From Acidobacteriota bacterium (GTDB lineage: Bacteria > Acidobacteriota > Vicinamibacteria > Vicinamibacterales > 2-12-FULL-66-21), in NCBI GenBank assembly GCA_013694845.1, contig JACDBQ010000315.1, forward strand, positions 1 to 36,526: a DNA stretch of 36,526 nucleotides. Direction: 5' to 3'. A model generated the notes under the pieces. That model saw nothing but the letters and a program-made list of their open reading frames with translations, was not told the DNA's origin and made no database searches. Every line of letters begins with the position of its first letter. Within the stretch, counting starts at the first letter, position 1. The position numbers were made by a program, and so were the translations under genes. Shown one piece after another: positions 28,948-36,526 of the stretch.

Positions 28948-30288
28948 TTGTCGAAGAAATACCTGATCGAAACGTTCGGCTGTCAGATGAACTTCCATGA
29001 CTCGGAGCGGATGGCTGGCCTTCTGGAGCAGGCTGGGTACGAGTCGACCGAGGATGATCTCGATGCCGACGTGATCGTCATCAACACCTGCAGCGTGCGC
29101 GAGCGAGCCGAGGAGAAGTTGTTCACCCGACTTGGCGAGCTTCAGCATCAGGCGGTTGAGCAGGGGCAGCGTCCTGTCGTGGCGGTGGCTGGCTGCGTCG
29201 CGCAGCAGGAAGGCGCCGCGATCCGGCAGCGATCCAAGGCCGTGGACGTGATCATCGGCACCCGAAGTCTCAAACACCTGCCGATGCTGGTCGATGCGGC
29301 CGTCGAGCGTCGCGCTGTCCATCCTGCCGCGGCCCCGACCCTGGATCTCGACCCGCTCGAGGATGTGTCGTTTCCACTGGGTGTCGCCAAGCGGCACGAT
29401 CCGCTGAAAGCCTACGTCACGATCATCGAGGGCTGCAACGAGTTCTGCGCATTTTGCGTGGTGCCGTATACCCGGGGCGCGGAACGCATGCGGTCAGTTG
29501 CCGACATCGTCGCCGAGGCGCGTCATGCCGTCGATACGGGAGCAAAGGAAATTCAGCTGCTCGGGCAGATCGTGAATCACTACCAGGCCCCGGACGATCC
29601 GACCTGCGATTTCGCCGATCTCCTTACTCGGTTGAACGATATCGAGGGGCTGGACCGGATCCGTTTTGCCAGTCCGCATCCGCGTCACGTCACCTCACGG
29701 ATGATCGAGGCCCTGTGCGATCTGGACAAGGTCTGCAGACACCTTCACCTGCCCGTGCAGTCGGGGTCATCCGATGTGCTCAGGACAATGCGTCGCCGGC
29801 ACACGCGCGAGGACTACCTCGGGCTGGTGTCGCGTCTTCGCGAGGCCATGCCGGACATTGCGTTATCGACCGATATCATCGTTGGGTTCCCTGGTGAGAG
29901 CGCTGAGCAGTTCGAGCAGACGCTGACGCTAACGGAGGCGGTTCGGTACCACAGCATGTTTTCCTTCAAGTATTCGCCGCGCCCGAACACGCTGGCGCTC
30001 AAGCGATTGCCTGACGATGTGACGGCAGAGGAGAAGACTCGACGCATCATGGAGCTGCAGTCGCGGCAACGACGGATTCAGGGGGAGCTGTACGGCGCGG
30101 CGATCGGCCGGACCGAGGACGTGCTCATCGACTCCCGGAGCCGGCGGCGCGACTGGGAGCTGTCCGGCCGCACCTCGGGCAACACGGTCGTGAACCTTTC
30201 GGGCGATCCGTCGTGGATCGGCCGCACTCTCCCCGTCCGGATCACGGGGGCCAACCCTAACAGTCTTCGCGGCGAAGCGGTGGTGTGA
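28948..30288 (+). CDS. miaB: tRNA-2-methylthio-N6-dimethylallyladenosine synthase (radical SAM methylthiotransferase)
   Basis: 446 aa with a TTG start. Motifs: YLIETFGCQMNFHDSE, INTCSVRE, the radical-SAM CxxxCxxC motif in GCNEFCAFCVVP, and a C-terminal TRAM domain. Confidence 0.92.
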   Translation: MSKKYLIETFGCQMNFHDSERMAGLLEQAGYESTEDDLDADVIVINTCSVRERAEEKLFTRLGELQHQAVEQGQRPVVAVAGCVAQQEGAAIRQRSKAVDVIIGTRSLKHLPMLVDAAVERRAVHPAAAPTLDLDPLEDVSFPLGVAKRHDPLKAYVTIIEGCNEFCAFCVVPYTRGAERMRSVADIVAEARHAVDTGAKEIQLLGQIVNHYQAPDDPTCDFADLLTRLNDIEGLDRIRFASPHPRHVTSRMIEALCDLDKVCRHLHLPVQSGSSDVLRTMRRRHTREDYLGLVSRLREAMPDIALSTDIIVGFPGESAEQFEQTLTLTEAVRYHSMFSFKYSPRPNTLALKRLPDDVTAEEKTRRIMELQSRQRRIQGELYGAAIGRTEDVLIDSRSRRRDWELSGRTSGNTVVNLSGDPSWIGRTLPVRITGANPNSLRGEAVV

Positions 30289-30776
30289 CGATGCAGATCG
30301 AGATGACAATCAAGGGCCTGATGGTGGATCCGATCACGAACATGCCCATCGTGATCCTCCGCGACAAGGATGGTCAGAAGGTGCTGCCGATCTGGGTGGG
30401 GGTGTTCGAAGCGAACGCCATCGCGCTGCAGATCGAGAACGTCACGCCGCAACGTCCGATGACCCACGACCTGCTGAACAACGTAATTCATGATCTCAAA
30501 GCCGATATCCAGAAAATCGTGGTCTCGGACCTGAAAGAGAACACGTTCTACGCGTTGATCTACGTGTCGATCGGCGGGGAAGTGACGGCAATTGACGCTC
30601 GTCCGAGCGACGCGATCGCCCTCGCATTGCGCGCCCGGGCGCCGATCTTCGTCGAAGACCGGGTCATCGACAATGCGAAGACGGTCGACCTGGTGCCCGA
30701 AAAAGGGGATTCGGAACGTCTCCAGAAATGGCTGGAAAACCTCGATACCGACGCCATGGGCAAATACAAGATGTAG
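30285..30776 (+). CDS. bifunctional nuclease family protein (DUF151/BFN domain)
   Basis: 163 aa. VLPIWVGVFEANAI, RPMTHDLL and ARPSDAIALALRARAPIFV are typical of DUF151. The start is GTG 30285 (GTGA overlap with miaB) or ATG 30291. Confidence 0.82.
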   Translation: MTMQIEMTIKGLMVDPITNMPIVILRDKDGQKVLPIWVGVFEANAIALQIENVTPQRPMTHDLLNNVIHDLKADIQKIVVSDLKENTFYALIYVSIGGEVTAIDARPSDAIALALRARAPIFVEDRVIDNAKTVDLVPEKGDSERLQKWLENLDTDAMGKYKM

Positions 30777-30844
30777 CTTCGTTGACTCTCCCCGCCGCTG
30801 TCCCTACAATGGCGGCACGTGCTCGTCCTCCCGTTCTGTCATCA

Positions 30845-31600
30845 ATGATCGTCGCCATCGCTAATCAAAAAGGTGGCGTCGGCAAGACCACGACGGCTAT
30901 CAACCTGGCTGCCGCCCTGTCGCTGCGCGGCCAGCGCACCCTTCTCATCGACCTCGATCCGCAGGCCAACAGCACGATGTCGTACCTCGACGTCAGCCTG
31001 GTCACGCGCACGGTCTACGATGCGATCACCGAGAAGGACGTCGGCTTCGCGGACATCATCCTCCCTTCGACCCAGCCAAACCTGTGGGTGGCGCCGTCGC
31101 GGATCGCCCTCGCGAAGCTCGAGTCCAAGCTGGTCGGGGAGCTTGACGCGCACTTCCGGTTGAAGGACCGGCTGGAAGCGATCCAGGCGGATTATCCGAA
31201 CATCGTGATCGACTGCCCGCCGACGCTTGGCCTGTTGACGGTCAACGCGCTGGTCGCGGCGACCCACCTGTTGATTCCGATCCAGTCGTCGTATTTCGCG
31301 CTGGAGGGCACTGACGACTTGCTCGAAACCATCGAGAAGGTCCGCGCCCGCGCGAACCCGGCGCTGAAGATCCTGGGTGTCGTCATTACCATGCACGACA
31401 AGCGCACAGCGTTGGCGCGCGACATTCGCTCCCAGATCGACAAGGTGTTCGGCAGCAAGGTCTTCAAGACCGTGATTACCAAGAGCGTGCGGCTCGAAGA
31501 GAGCCCGGCCTACAAAGAATCCATTTTCAAGTTCGCGCCGGACTCGAGTGGCGCCGCCGAGTATTACCGGCTCTGCGAGGAGGTCATGGACCGTGTCTAA
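30845..31600 (+). CDS. parA: chromosome partitioning ATPase ParA/Soj
   Basis: 251 aa from ATG 30845 (MIVAIANQKGGVGKTTTAINLA, the deviant Walker A). An alternative upstream ATG at 30809 is possible. Confidence 0.92.
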   Translation: MIVAIANQKGGVGKTTTAINLAAALSLRGQRTLLIDLDPQANSTMSYLDVSLVTRTVYDAITEKDVGFADIILPSTQPNLWVAPSRIALAKLESKLVGELDAHFRLKDRLEAIQADYPNIVIDCPPTLGLLTVNALVAATHLLIPIQSSYFALEGTDDLLETIEKVRARANPALKILGVVITMHDKRTALARDIRSQIDKVFGSKVFKTVITKSVRLEESPAYKESIFKFAPDSSGAAEYYRLCEEVMDRV

Positions 31601-32414
31601 GCGAGGGCTTCCCCAAACCGTTCGTATGCGCCACGACGAGCATTACGTCGATGCACTGACCAACTCCGCTGGCACGCCGATCGGGCGGATCGTGCCGATC
31701 GACCAGCTGGACCCCAACCCGAACCAGCCACGACAGGTCATGGGCGACCTGGCCGAGCTGATGGCGTCGATTGCCGAGAAGGGGATCATCGAGCCCATCA
31801 TCGTGCGCCAGCGAGGCCGGCGCTTTCAGATCGTCGCTGGCGAACGGCGTTATCAAGCGGCCGTCCAGGTAGGGCTTCGCGAAGTCCCCATCGTCATTCG
31901 GGACGTTGATGATGATGAAGTCATCGAGATCGCGCTGATCGAAAACATCCAGCGCAAAGATCTCACGGCGTTCGAAGAGTCCGAGGCGCTGCACGGCCTC
32001 GCGACCAAGTGCAACTATACGCACGAGGATATGGCGCGGCGACTGGGGAAGTCACGCACCTCGATCACCGAATCGCTGACGTTGAATAACATGCCGGAAG
32101 AGGTGAAAAACTTGTGTCGGCTGGCCGACATTAACGCTAAGTCGGTGCTTCTACAAATAGTTAGGCGGGGTGACCCAGAGAAAATGGTCGCTCTGATCGA
32201 AAAGCTGTCACGGGAGGGCGGCGCCACGCGGGAAGTGGCGCGAAGGGAAACGGCCAAGCCGAAGCCGGGTCGTCCAAAGTCTTTCGTCTTCAGCTACAGA
32301 GCCCCGACCAAGGCATTCAAGCTGCAATTGAAATTCGCCAAGTCCAAAGTCGAGCGCGAGGAAGTCATCTCGGCACTCGAAGACATCATCCGCGACCTGC
32401 GCACCCAGCAGTAA
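31593..32414 (+). CDS. parB: ParB/Spo0J family partition protein
   Basis: 273 aa from GTG 31593 (8-nt overlap with parA; alternative ATG at 31626). Motifs: DPNPNQPR, IVAGERRYQAA and the HTH HEDMARRLGKSRTSITESL. Confidence 0.9.
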   Translation: MSKRGLPQTVRMRHDEHYVDALTNSAGTPIGRIVPIDQLDPNPNQPRQVMGDLAELMASIAEKGIIEPIIVRQRGRRFQIVAGERRYQAAVQVGLREVPIVIRDVDDDEVIEIALIENIQRKDLTAFEESEALHGLATKCNYTHEDMARRLGKSRTSITESLTLNNMPEEVKNLCRLADINAKSVLLQIVRRGDPEKMVALIEKLSREGGATREVARRETAKPKPGRPKSFVFSYRAPTKAFKLQLKFAKSKVEREEVISALEDIIRDLRTQQ

Positions 32415-32778
32415 CCATCCCTTGGCGGACCGGTGTTTTTGAAGCCAGTCGCACGGTCTCAGCCATGGCACTCTCGACCAACCGCCTGACTCGACGCCCA
32501 CAGCGATCGGGAGCCCAAGGGCTGGGTCCCGAGCCTTCACGCGAAGTGACACCGGCTTGGCCACGGGACATGGCGCTCGGAGGGTAGCAGAAAGTTCGAT
32601 GTCACCCATGCTCAGGCTGATGGTCGGTTTAGACGTCTAGAGGCAGTCGTGATCGCGGCGCCTTCGGCCGGATGAAGGGTTGCACGCCGAACGTCGCATC
32701 ACGAATCACCGCGAGAGCGCTCACCGTTCTTGTTCGATTCTTCGCAGGTAATGAGCTAAGCACAGTTATAAGAACAAG

Positions 32779-33429
32779 TTAGTCGAATTGTCGGCCGGCC
32801 GACAAGACGCCAAAAACTGGACTGACAAGGCCGCGCCGCTCAATTGTCGGGCACCGAGGGGCCACGCGCCACTCGCCGTCGCTCAGTGCAACGGTAGGCT
32901 GGCGAGAAGCGAGCGCCGTGCACGGACTGTCTCGTCGGGTCGGGCGCTCACCATCACCAATCAGAGGCAAAGTCCATTGCACGCGCGAACGGGCGAACGA
33001 AGCGATCGGTTCTTGCCACTTCGCGGAAGAAAACGCGCCTGGACCTCCGGGCCTGCCGCCCGTCGTTCGCGCTGACGAGAAGTTTTCCTGACGACCGGCC
33101 GCCTGCCGGACGACACCGAGCACGCGCCCGTGGCGGCCTCGCCACGAGGTGTCGGACAACAAACGAGGCGAAGCGCGTCGTCGACTGGACGGCGAGCCGC
33201 CCGCGAGCTCGTGTGCCGCGCGGACCCGCACGTCGTCAACCTGCCAAACGAGGACAAGTTGACCCGGTACATTTGTCTCGGGTGCGATCAGGGTTTCACG
33301 CGGCACGTTGGCGACGAGCAGCCCCGCGATTTCGCTTGGCTCCAGGGCAGGCCTGAGCAATCGGCCGGCCTCAGGTCCGCCGATGCCGGATGGCCGCCCC
33401 GATCGGGCTTCGACGACCTCCAGCCATCC
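32779..33429 (-). pseudogene. orphan ORF of unknown family, possibly frameshifted or degraded
   Basis: The frame is open on the minus strand from after TGA (33432-33430) to TAA (32781-32779). The first ~90 codons look protein-like (LEVVEARSG...SEIAGLLVANVPRETLIAPETNVPGQLVLVWQVDDVRVRAAHELAGG) and the rest is R/S/P/G-rich. An SD-like GAGG plus ATG (33427-33425) is out of frame with the long ORF and gives an 18-codon ORF. In-frame starts are only CTG (33423) or TTG (33360). GC3 is visibly lower than in neighbouring genes. Confidence 0.25.
32788..32805. promoter_or_regulatory. 18-bp perfect palindrome TTGTCGGCCGGCCGACAA (candidate operator/recombination site)
   Basis: The sequence is exactly self-complementary. 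It sits next to the most AT-rich patch of the parB-lptFG gap. AATTGTCGG recurs at 32842-32850 and TCGGCCGGCC recurs at 33361-33370. Confidence 0.4.
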
Positions 33430-33599
33430 TCAGTAGTTAACATAACACTCATTATCGGACCCAAGGCTTTTGTTCAATGAAACTGGCCTGTGGAAGACTT
33501 GCGGAGCGTGGGTTAAGGCCGTTGCCTACGCCGGGCCAAGAGGGACGATTCGGGTTGGGTTTGGATCGTGCGCCTGTTATGTTCGGATTGCCCGAAACG

Positions 33600-35987
33600 A
33601 TGCGCATCCTTGATCGGTACGTTCTCCGCGAGATCCTGCCGCCATTCGTGTTGTCGCTGTTGATCCTGACCTTCGTGCTCACGCTGCCGCCGGTCATGAA
33701 GCAGCTCGAGCAGCTGGTCGCCAAGGGTGTGTCCTGGGACGTCGCTGTCCGGATCATCGCCACGCTGGTTCCGCAGGCGCTTGGGCTGACGATCCCGATC
33801 GCCACCCTCCTCGGCATCCTCATTGGCCTCGGCCGGCTATCAGGTGACCGCGAGTCGGTGGCCCTTCTGGCGTGCGGCGTCAGCCCCTACCGGTTGTTAC
33901 GGCCGGTACTGCTTTTTGCGGTCGTCATGGCGGGCGCCACCGCCTACGTCATGTTCGAAGCGATCCCGGACGCCAATCAGCGCTACCGCGACATCATCTG
34001 GGACATCGTGTCGAAGAAGGTCGAGAACGACATCCAGCCACGCGTGTTCTTCGACGATTTTCAGAATTACGTCCTCTACGTCCGGGACGTCGAGCCCGGC
34101 GGGGGCTGGAAGGACGTCTTCGTCGCCGACACAACCAAGGCCGACCCGACAACCGTCACCATGGCGGCCACGGGCCGACTCTTTCTGGATCGAGAGCAGC
34201 GCCGTGTCGAGCTGATCCTCGGGGACGGGACCCGCTACCAGAGCGGGCGGAACGGCGAGTCGCAGGTCTATCGGTTTTTCAAGGACACGTCGATCTCCCT
34301 CTCGGCCGAACAAGTGTTCGGGAGACAGGCGATCCCCAGAACCGTGAGCGAGAAAGGGATCGCGGAACTGCGGGCGGACGGCCGGGCCAAGCTGAATCGG
34401 AAAGAAGGCGCCCTGTCACCCCACCCGGAGATCATCTATATCCAGCAGAAATTCTCCCTCCCGGCAGCCTGCCTGGTGTTCGCGATCATCGGCATTGCCC
34501 TGGGCTTGTCTTCGGCACGTGAAGGCAAGATGGGAGCGTTCGTCGTCGGCTTCGCGGTCGTGTTCGGGTACTACGCGGTCATGGAAATCGCGGCGGCCCA
34601 GACCCGCGGCCATTACCGCACCATAGAGGAGGCGGGCGGACTCCACGCCGCCAGCTTCCTGAACGCACATCTCGCGCGCTGGTGGCCGAACATCATCATG
34701 GGCATTTTCGGGATCTGCGCACTGGTGTGGCGCGCCCGGTTCGCCCATCGGGGACTCCCCGCTTCATTGCCTGTCAGCCTCCCACGATGGCCTTTCCGCA
34801 GCCGGTCAGACCCTTCCGGCGTTGGATCGCCGGCCGCCACCGGGCGCCGGGCGGGTGCGGCGGGACCGAAGGTGATCGTTGTCATCCGGCTGCCCAGGAT
34901 GCGCCTGCCCGGACCAGGGCTCCTGGATCGATACGTCAGCCTGATCTACCTCAGGGTGACGGGACTCGCGTTCGTCGGGTTGCTGGGGCTGTTCTACATC
35001 TCAGCCTTCCTCGACCGGAGCGAAAAGATCTTCAAGGGAGACGCCTCGGTCGGCCTGGTCCTCAGCTTCCTGTTCTACTCGACGCCGCAATTCGTGTATT
35101 ACGTCATACCGCTGGCCGTCCTGCTCAGCGTGCTGGTGACCTTCGGGGTGTTGGCCCGATCGAGCGAGCTCACGGTGATGAAGGCCTGCGGGATCAGCCT
35201 GTACCGGGTGGCCCTGCCGGTCGTGGCGATGTCGCTCGTCGGTAGTGCCGTGCTGTTCGGCTTGGAGCAGCGGGTGCTGGCGGACGCGAACCGCAAGATG
35301 GAAGCTGCCGACCGCCAGATCCGGCGGCTCGCCCCGCAGAACCTGAACCCACTGAATCGCCGCTGGATCGTCGCGCGTGACGGCTCGATTTACCACTACG
35401 AATACTTCGATGCGCCGCGGCAGGCGCTGACCGCCCTTTCGATCTATACCCCTGCGACCGACGCCTGGCGTCTGGCGACTATCACCCGAACCCAGAACGC
35501 CGAGTATCGCGCAGGTGCGTGGACCGGACGGAGAGGATGGGTGCGGGACTATGCCGGTGGCACGGCCCGTTACCAGGAGTTCGCGGAGCGGCAGCTGCCG
35601 ATCGAGCCACCGGACTACTTCGGCACCGGCACGCCGATCGCCGAGCTGATGACCGTCCAGGAGCTTCGAAAGCACATCGCGGACCTGTCCAACAGCGGCG
35701 TCAACGTCGTGCCACTGGCAGTCGAGCTGCAGCGGAAAATCGCCTTTCCGTTCGTCACGGTGGTGATGTCCCTTCTGGCCGTTCCGTTCGGCGTGACCAC
35801 TGGTCGGCGGGGAGCCCTCTACGGTATCGGGATCGGAATAGTACTGGCGCTCGCCTACTGGATCGTGCTCCACGTCTTCCTGGCGATTGGCGGCGCCGGC
35901 CTCCTGCCCCCCTTCCTCGCTGGCTGGAGCGCCAATATCATCGTCGCCGGCGCGGCCGCCTACCTGTTCCTCAATACGAGAACCTAG
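33600..35987 (+). CDS. lptFG: LptF-like and LptG-like LPS export permease halves encoded in one continuous ORF
   Basis: 795 aa from ATG 33600. The first half starts MRILDRYVLREILPPFVLSLLIL, and the second half starts (M)RLPGPGLLDRYVSLIYLRVTGLAF at ATG 34899. Each half has N-terminal TM helices, a large periplasmic domain and C-terminal TM helices. There is no in-frame stop between them (linker 34741-34898). Confidence 0.85.
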   Translation: MRILDRYVLREILPPFVLSLLILTFVLTLPPVMKQLEQLVAKGVSWDVAVRIIATLVPQALGLTIPIATLLGILIGLGRLSGDRESVALLACGVSPYRLLRPVLLFAVVMAGATAYVMFEAIPDANQRYRDIIWDIVSKKVENDIQPRVFFDDFQNYVLYVRDVEPGGGWKDVFVADTTKADPTTVTMAATGRLFLDREQRRVELILGDGTRYQSGRNGESQVYRFFKDTSISLSAEQVFGRQAIPRTVSEKGIAELRADGRAKLNRKEGALSPHPEIIYIQQKFSLPAACLVFAIIGIALGLSSAREGKMGAFVVGFAVVFGYYAVMEIAAAQTRGHYRTIEEAGGLHAASFLNAHLARWWPNIIMGIFGICALVWRARFAHRGLPASLPVSLPRWPFRSRSDPSGVGSPAATGRRAGAAGPKVIVVIRLPRMRLPGPGLLDRYVSLIYLRVTGLAFVGLLGLFYISAFLDRSEKIFKGDASVGLVLSFLFYSTPQFVYYVIPLAVLLSVLVTFGVLARSSELTVMKACGISLYRVALPVVAMSLVGSAVLFGLEQRVLADANRKMEAADRQIRRLAPQNLNPLNRRWIVARDGSIYHYEYFDAPRQALTALSIYTPATDAWRLATITRTQNAEYRAGAWTGRRGWVRDYAGGTARYQEFAERQLPIEPPDYFGTGTPIAELMTVQELRKHIADLSNSGVNVVPLAVELQRKIAFPFVTVVMSLLAVPFGVTTGRRGALYGIGIGIVLALAYWIVLHVFLAIGGAGLLPPFLAGWSANIIVAGAAAYLFLNTRT

Positions 35988-36050
35988 TCGAGCGCGCGTT
36001 TTGACGCGTCATGAGTCTCACGTCAGTTGGCTAGTTACCCAGTTCACTAG

Positions 36051-36059
36051 TGCTATAGT
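36051..36059 (+). promoter_or_regulatory. candidate extended -10 promoter (TGCTATAGT) for the GntR gene
   Basis: TGnTATAGT ends 5 nt before ATG 36065 and no SD is visible, so the transcript would be leaderless or nearly so. AGTTACC direct repeats (36033-36039, 36057-36063) and the palindrome TGACGCGTCA (36002-36011) lie close by. Confidence 0.3.
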
Positions 36060-36064
36060 TACCT

Positions 36065-36457
36065 ATGTTGCTAATGGAGCTTGACGCCTTAGACGAACGG
36101 CCGGTTTATCGACAGATCGTCGAAGAGGTTCAGCGCTGTGTCGCAGTCGGAGTGATGCGATGGGACGAAGCCCTGCCCGCCGCCGCAACGCTCGCCAGGG
36201 AACTGAAGGTCAACATCAACACCGTCCAGCACGCGTACAAGACGCTGGCAAGGGAAGGCACCGTCTACATCAAGCGAGGCCTCGGAACCTTCATCTCCCC
36301 TGCCCCGCGACAGAATCGTCAGCGTCAGGTGATCGCGGCGCGACGGATCGCCGAACGGATGCTGCGAGAAGGGTTCAAGCACGGGCTGCTGGCAAGCGAC
36401 CTAATGGCCGCGCTGCAGGAGATCGCACCGAAGAGCAAAGCAACACCTGGCGGCTAG
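36065..36457 (+). CDS. GntR-family transcriptional regulator, short YtrA-like type
   Basis: 130 aa. The N-terminal winged HTH (PVYRQIVEEVQRCVAVGVMRWDEALPAAATLARELKVNINTVQHAYKTLAREGTVYIKRGLGTFI) is followed by a short helical tail. Many A/T-ending codons (cta, tta, gaa, gtt, tat, cga, gca) contrast with the rest of the window. Confidence 0.85.
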   Translation: MLLMELDALDERPVYRQIVEEVQRCVAVGVMRWDEALPAAATLARELKVNINTVQHAYKTLAREGTVYIKRGLGTFISPAPRQNRQRQVIAARRIAERMLREGFKHGLLASDLMAALQEIAPKSKATPGG

Positions 36458-36526
36458 TGTCGCGTCCCCGAAGTGCACCCGACGAGCAACGCCGCGCCCG
36501 GGATGCAGCGGCAGCCGAATGTAACC

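Noticed and set aside
32466-32482. TGGCAC resembles a sigma-54 -24 element in the gap downstream of parB. Other TGGCAC occurrences lie inside coding regions.
   Set aside because: No TTGC-type -12 element lies at the required 5-nt spacing (the sequence is TGGCAC-TCTCG-ACCA). Intragenic hits also lack proper spacing or context.
32964-32975. GAGGCAAAGTCC resembles the RNase P RNA CR-I motif (GAGGAAAGUCC). A GACCCGGTA motif lies about 295 nt downstream, loosely resembling CR-V.
   Set aside because: The downstream sequence cannot form the P4 pairing with the upstream motif. The other conserved regions of bacterial RNase P RNA (CR-II to CR-IV) are not visible.
33292-33307. parS-like sequence GGTTTCACGCGGCACG. 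A second half-site, TGTTTCACG, lies at 11364 inside recJ.
   Set aside because: Only 11/16 (and 9/16) matches to the canonical TGTTTCACGTGAAACA, and only one half of the palindrome is present. I found no full parS in the window.
32415-33599. tRNA, tmRNA, SRP RNA or group II intron in the 1.2-kb gap.
   Set aside because: The GTTCGAT-like T-loop candidates (near 32597 and 32732) lack complementary T-stems. No tmRNA 3' end, SRP GGAAGCAGCC motif or intron domain V consensus was seen. A covariance-model scan is still needed.

Overview
This is a GC-rich chromosomal segment from a diderm (outer-membrane) bacterium. It consists almost entirely of conserved housekeeping genes, tightly packed with many stop/start overlaps (ATGA, TGATG, GTGA). 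The order is as follows. A partial membrane protein (-), a polytopic membrane protein, an aminotransferase and a BamB-like beta-propeller (-) come first. Next are guaA, dnaE, accA, recJ, a 721-aa LptC/LptA-like protein, lptB, rpoN, hpf, hprK, rapZ, a mannose-type PTS EIIA, ptsH, ptsI, a cupin and ssb. A complete tolQ-tolR-tolA-tolB-pal-cpoB cluster follows on the minus strand. After that come recN, miaB, a DUF151 nuclease, parA and parB, then about 1.2 kb with no convincing gene. The window ends with a single ORF encoding both LptF-like and LptG-like halves and a small YtrA-like GntR regulator with atypical codon usage. I found no rRNA, tRNA, CRISPR array, transposase, integrase or recognisable defence genes, and I cannot support a new multi-gene system here. 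Three things are not explained by ordinary annotation. (1) Period-7 (heptanucleotide) tandem repeats occupy at least five intergenic spacers, and three of them are arranged as inverted arrays that predict long hairpins abutting start or stop codons. (2) The Lpt machinery has unusual architecture: a giant LptC/LptA-like protein and an lptF-lptG fusion. (3) The parB-lptFG gap contains a possibly frameshifted orphan ORF and an 18-bp perfect palindrome. All calls rest on reading the translations and the sequence by eye, and no database search was possible.
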